Origin: the human T2T-CHM13v2.0 reference genome, Homo sapiens
DNA length: 64,000 nt
Assembly (NCBI RefSeq): GCF_009914755.1
Contig: NC_060933.1
Reading direction: 5' to 3' (one strand)
Both the position numbers and the translations under genes were made by a program. Below the pieces are notes generated by a model. It was not told the DNA's origin. It was given only the letters and a program-made list of their open reading frames with translations, and did not search any database. Below, piece after piece: positions 59,533 through 64,000 of this stretch. Position 1 is the stretch's first letter, and each line of letters starts with the position of its first letter.

Positions 59533-62474
59533 AGACAGTCACTCCTGCCCCACAGGGCAATTATGGGGAGAGGAGAGCACTCATATGGCCCAGCAGGGTG
59601 TACATTAGAAGCACAGCTGATACCAGTTACTCAAATGACTTTCAGTGCATGTTTGAGGTCTCAACTCTCTTCTAACCCATGCCTACCACTTGCTGGTGGA
59701 AATGGGAGCTCCCAAGCACCCCTCCCCAAGCTCCCCACACTGAAAGCCATCATGGGCTTTAAACACCTTGGGTCCCATAGAAGCCCAAGCCCCAACCAGC
59801 AAAGGTCTATTTGAGCCCCACTTCAGGATGGCTGGTCATCCTGGTTGTAAATGCCAAGAATTTCTAAGAAGGCCAATCTCTCAGTGTCAGGGAGCTTTTC
59901 CTTGATATTTAGTCTACACTGACTATTCCTAAATTTCATCAATCATGCCTCCACAGACCCAGCTAAATCATTCCTCCCCTCCTCCCCATGACTCTACACT
60001 TTTTAATTCTGGTCTACGTTTTCCACCTGATACCTATTTTGATGCTTCAAAGACATCAAAATAGGGATAGAACCAGGAAACAAGGTTCCCGTTCCCTGCT
60101 CTGCCCCAGTCATGGACACCCAGACTTTTGGAGATGGGAAGGACCTTAGAGATTATTAAGAATTTACCCTCTTACTGTCCAGGTAGGAAAACTGAGGCCC
60201 AGAGAGGAAATAACCTTGACAAGGTCACAAGCCCATGCTTTCATCCTTGGATTTTATTGGATAAAAGAATGCATATTACTGTCACGGGCAAGGTCATTTG
60301 CCAAGAGCTATTAGCTTGGTCACAACTTAATACTGTTTACTGAGCACTTCTCTGCTGGTCAGGAAATGGGCTTCCCAAGGCAGGTGATTTATCTCATTCA
60401 GTCCTTGCAGCAGTCCTTGGAGGTGGGTACTATCACCCCCAGTTCCCAGCTGAGAACACTGAGGCTCAGAAAGGTTAAGTAACTTCTCCATGGGTCACAC
60501 AGCAAGCTAGAGGCAGAGCTGAGTTTCAACTCCAGGCCTTCCCAACTCAACATCCATCACTTCTCTCTCAATAACACTTGAGATCAGAAGTCAAGAAAGT
60601 GGCAATAAAGCATCAAGAGGTTCAAATTCCACAGATAGGGAAAGAAAAGGGAAAGTGTTACCTCTAGGAACCAAGCCACTTGGCCTGGGACCTAAGGAAA
60701 TAAAGGGCAGGACATTTTATTGAGTTGTTTCCTCTGCACTGGGAGCATCCAGTGCAGACAGGGGGCTTATTTATCTCTGTATCCACAGCACCTGGCACAG
60801 AGAAGGTGCTCAATAAGTGTTTGGTGAATAATAATGGAAGAGTGTGGAAAATGACCTTACCAAAGGGAAGGCCAGGAGGGAAAAAGTGCACACAGAAAGA
60901 ATATTATTGTCTATGCCTCTCCAATATTACACACCTGGGAGAATAGGAGTGTTGACATCACCCCAGACAGGAAGTACTAACAACTAGCTAAGATTCTACC
61001 CCAAGATATTCAGAAAATTCCAGTTTGTTGCCAATTGTCTTGTGTATAGTAATAAGGTCAGAAGAGTTACCATTTACTAAATCCTTACCAAAGGTCAGAC
61101 ATAACACTAAACGCTTTAAATGCATCATTTCATTTAAGCCTCACACCAGCTCCCAAGAGGTAGGTGTTATTGGTGTTCCCATTTTGCGGAGGAGAAAACT
61201 GAGTCACAGAGAGGTTAAGTGACTTGCCCAAGGTCACACAGCTAGTGAATATTGAAGCTTGAACTCAAAGCTCAGTCTGCTAACACCAAAGGTCCACTAA
61301 CTCAAAGTTAACCAGTTGACTTGAAGTCAATGGCTGGTTGTCCTTATCACTGAATCATGGACTTGAGACTCCAAACAGCCACCAGCCTGGAAGCCATCAT
61401 TTAAAAATATTGTTCTAGCATCAGAGTATTAGAACATGCTGGTGATCCACACGTTACTTTCTTGTTCTTATTATTTATCTTCATCATTCTAGATCCTCTC
61501 CCAAGTTCTTTAATCATTGCCTGTCACCTGCTGACCTGTTTGTTTATTTTTTCTGTGTACAGTGTTTTGGATTTGTACAATCGTCTGGAGGATATCTTCC
61601 TAGAAAGGAATTTAATCATGTTCCCACCCTGCTTTCTGTTCCTGGAGAGGCAGGTGGCCACCAAGGCCCAGTATGGTTCCTAGCATGTACACTCCAAGAG
61701 GGCAGGCACCTGTCAGATTGGATGCCTGGCACTGTAGTGGGTGCTTACAAAACGTTTTTTGAGCAAATGGATTTCATATCTCTGTTCAGCAGAAATGGTA
61801 TTGGCATCTCCAAGCAAGGTAAGGTAATTTCTACCATGCAGAGCATCAAATCTCCCTCATCTCATAGGCCCTGGGAAATCTTTCCAGAAGCTGTTACTTC
61901 TCTTTCTCTGGTCCAGAAAACTGCAAAGCATCTGCTTATTGGGCCAGCCTGACTGGCCTGAGTCTAGTGGCCTTCCAGGGACCATCCTTTCCTGGCCCGC
62001 AGTACCCTCCCCAAGGATAAAGTTTCTGGGAATTGGACATCTAGCCTCCGAGGAGCCAGGATGACCTCACCAAGGAAATTCCCTTTAAGGACACTTTTCC
62101 AGGCAGAGGCTCTGGGCCCTAGTGACCTACGTGACCCAAGATGGAGCCTCTGGAGTTTTCGAGGTGGGTGAGGAGCCAGGGCAGGGATCCTAGCATTGGA
62201 TCGTATATCTCCTTTTCAAATGTATTCCATAATCTTGGCCATTTTCACCACATCACACCTCCAGCTAAGATCGCTCTCTGCCTGAACCTCTTTCAGTATT
62301 ATTTTTGCATTGTTCTTCTCTCCAGGGAATATCCTGGTTTAGACTTTCCTCCCAATTGAATTTGCCTTTCTCCCCTCTGAGCCAAATCCTATTTTGTTAT
62401 TTTCCATTGGTATCTTTAACCCTCTTTGAGACATCTGCATTACCTCTCTGCCCTTCTTGGTGATAGCAACACCT

Positions 62475-62595
62475 CCCAATTAAGGATCTTATGCAAATTT
62501 CATTAGCGTGCTGTTGACTCATCTTCCAGATCATTATTAAGGATGTTAAATAAGAGCAGAACAAACACCGGTTTCCACACACCTTCAGGGAGGCC
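62475..62595 (-). mobile_element. CR1/L3 reverse transcriptase remnant
   Basis: tgcaaatttcattagc...tcttccagatcatt...gatgttaaata resembles the antisense of the CR1 LFNIFINDL...KFADD region. Confidence 0.55.
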
Positions 62596-63129
62596 GTGCT
62601 GTGTCATTTTTCTTGGGTTTGGGTGTGTGCACCATTTCATCTGCAAAGTAAGTTCTTTTCCATTCCAGTTTGAATTTATTTCATGAGGAAAGTTTCATAA
62701 TATATTATAACCAATGTTTTAATAAAAATCTTATAGCTATCCATGGTACCCCTGCATGTGTAGTCCCAGCAGATGAATGAATGAGCTTAGGTGACCTGCT
62801 TGCTTTCAGTAGAAACTTACATTGCTGGAGAGCCCGCAGTCTTCAGGGTGCCCTCTGAGTTTCCTTGAATATCTCTGCATTCCTTGCTGGCCTGGCCAAG
62901 AACATGTACTAAATACCTACTAGATTCAGGCTTCCACCTGTGCTGGAAGAGATGCCAAAATGGAAAAAGGGGCCCTTGTCCTCAAGAATCTTATGTCTGA
63001 CTGAGTAGAAAGAACATTCCCACACACAGACCCTCCACACACAAGGAAGTGAGCAAAGCAAGATTCTGAGGAAAGCAACATTTAATCAGGTACAGGCTAC
63101 AGTTTAAAATGTTTAAGCATGGCATGCAT

Positions 63130-63660
63130 TTTAAAACTTTAACTTTGTATTATGGAACGTTTCAAACATACACGAAATGGAATGAGTCCCTGTGCACCCA
63201 TTATCCAGTTCGAACAGTTGCAACACTTTGCCATTTTTATTTCATCTCCCCACCCCCCTTTCTCTCTCTCTCTCTTTTTTTCTTGGAACACTTTAAAGAA
63301 AATCCCAGGCATCATATCACTGCACCAGTAATACTTCAGAAAGCAACTCTAACAGATAGGCTTTTTTTTCTAACATAACCACAATGCAACTAATACATCT
63401 AACATTATTAAGGATAACTCCTTATGACATACAATCTATTAACTGGTTCTTGTTCAACTTTTCCCCTGATTGTCTGAAAAATGTCTTTTTACAGTTGGTT
63501 CATTTGAATCAGGACCCAAATGAGGACCACACATTCTAGTCCTTATTTGAGGCATCTGGTGGACCTGCCTGTTAAGTCTCTTAACTTGTAAAATATCCTT
63601 TCTAAAATGCCATTTATTTATTGAAGACACTAAGTCATTTGTCCTGTAGAATTCTAAGTG
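63130..63660 (-). mobile_element. Old L1 (L1MC5-like) 3' end
   Basis: tttcaaacatacac...aaatcccaggcatcat...catttgaatcaggac...gtcatttgtcctgtagaatt. Confidence 0.7.
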
Positions 63661-64000
63661 TAGTTCATTTTAAAGGACATTTGTTATATGAAATATAAAC
63701 ATAGATAAACCAGGAGATAAAGTAATATAAACTATGCGTGCCAAAACATTTGAAACATGGACCCTTCTAGTTGGAAGGAAGCCTAGAATTTCTTCACACA
63801 AACCCAGCCTCCACCCCTTTCCCTATCTTTGCCCCAGACACAAAATCCTCCTCAGCAATAACGTGATAGATGTACATTCTCTTCACTTTGTAGAAGAACC
63901 CACTTTGGGATTCTTTTCTATACCAAATCCTTCCCATGCAGATTAAAAAAAAGTTATTCAACTTAGCAACAATTAAAAAATCTATTCATACAAATCTATA

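Noticed and set aside
61312-61333. Small palindrome TTGACTT-G-AAGTCAA
   Set aside because: Short enough to occur by chance in 64 kb.

Overview
Primate (human-type) genomic DNA. The left third is the 5' end of MED27 (Mediator subunit 27) on the minus strand. It contains a CpG-island promoter (~19.2-20.0 kb), coding exon 1 (19887-19685) and exon 2 (17629-17485). It also contains a probable alternative terminal exon in intron 2 (13785 to ~13390) that would give a 130-aa truncated protein, using a poly(A) signal inside an L2 tail. The rest of intron 2 runs off the left edge and holds a ~37-bp-unit minisatellite. The right ~44 kb is non-coding upstream DNA dense in Alu, L1, MaLR/MLT LTRs, MER, MIR, L2 and CR1 remnants, often nested with visible target-site duplications (TSDs). 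The least explained structures are (1) a ~400-bp segment present three times, twice inside different old L1M elements at nearly the same L1 position, and (2) a 111-bp-arm, ~89% identical inverted duplication of MIR-like sequence at 51.6-52.0 kb. I see no evidence for a new protein-coding gene or novel multi-gene system. Nearly all listed ORFs are repeat-derived. Repeat subfamily names are from recalled consensus sequences and boundaries are approximate.
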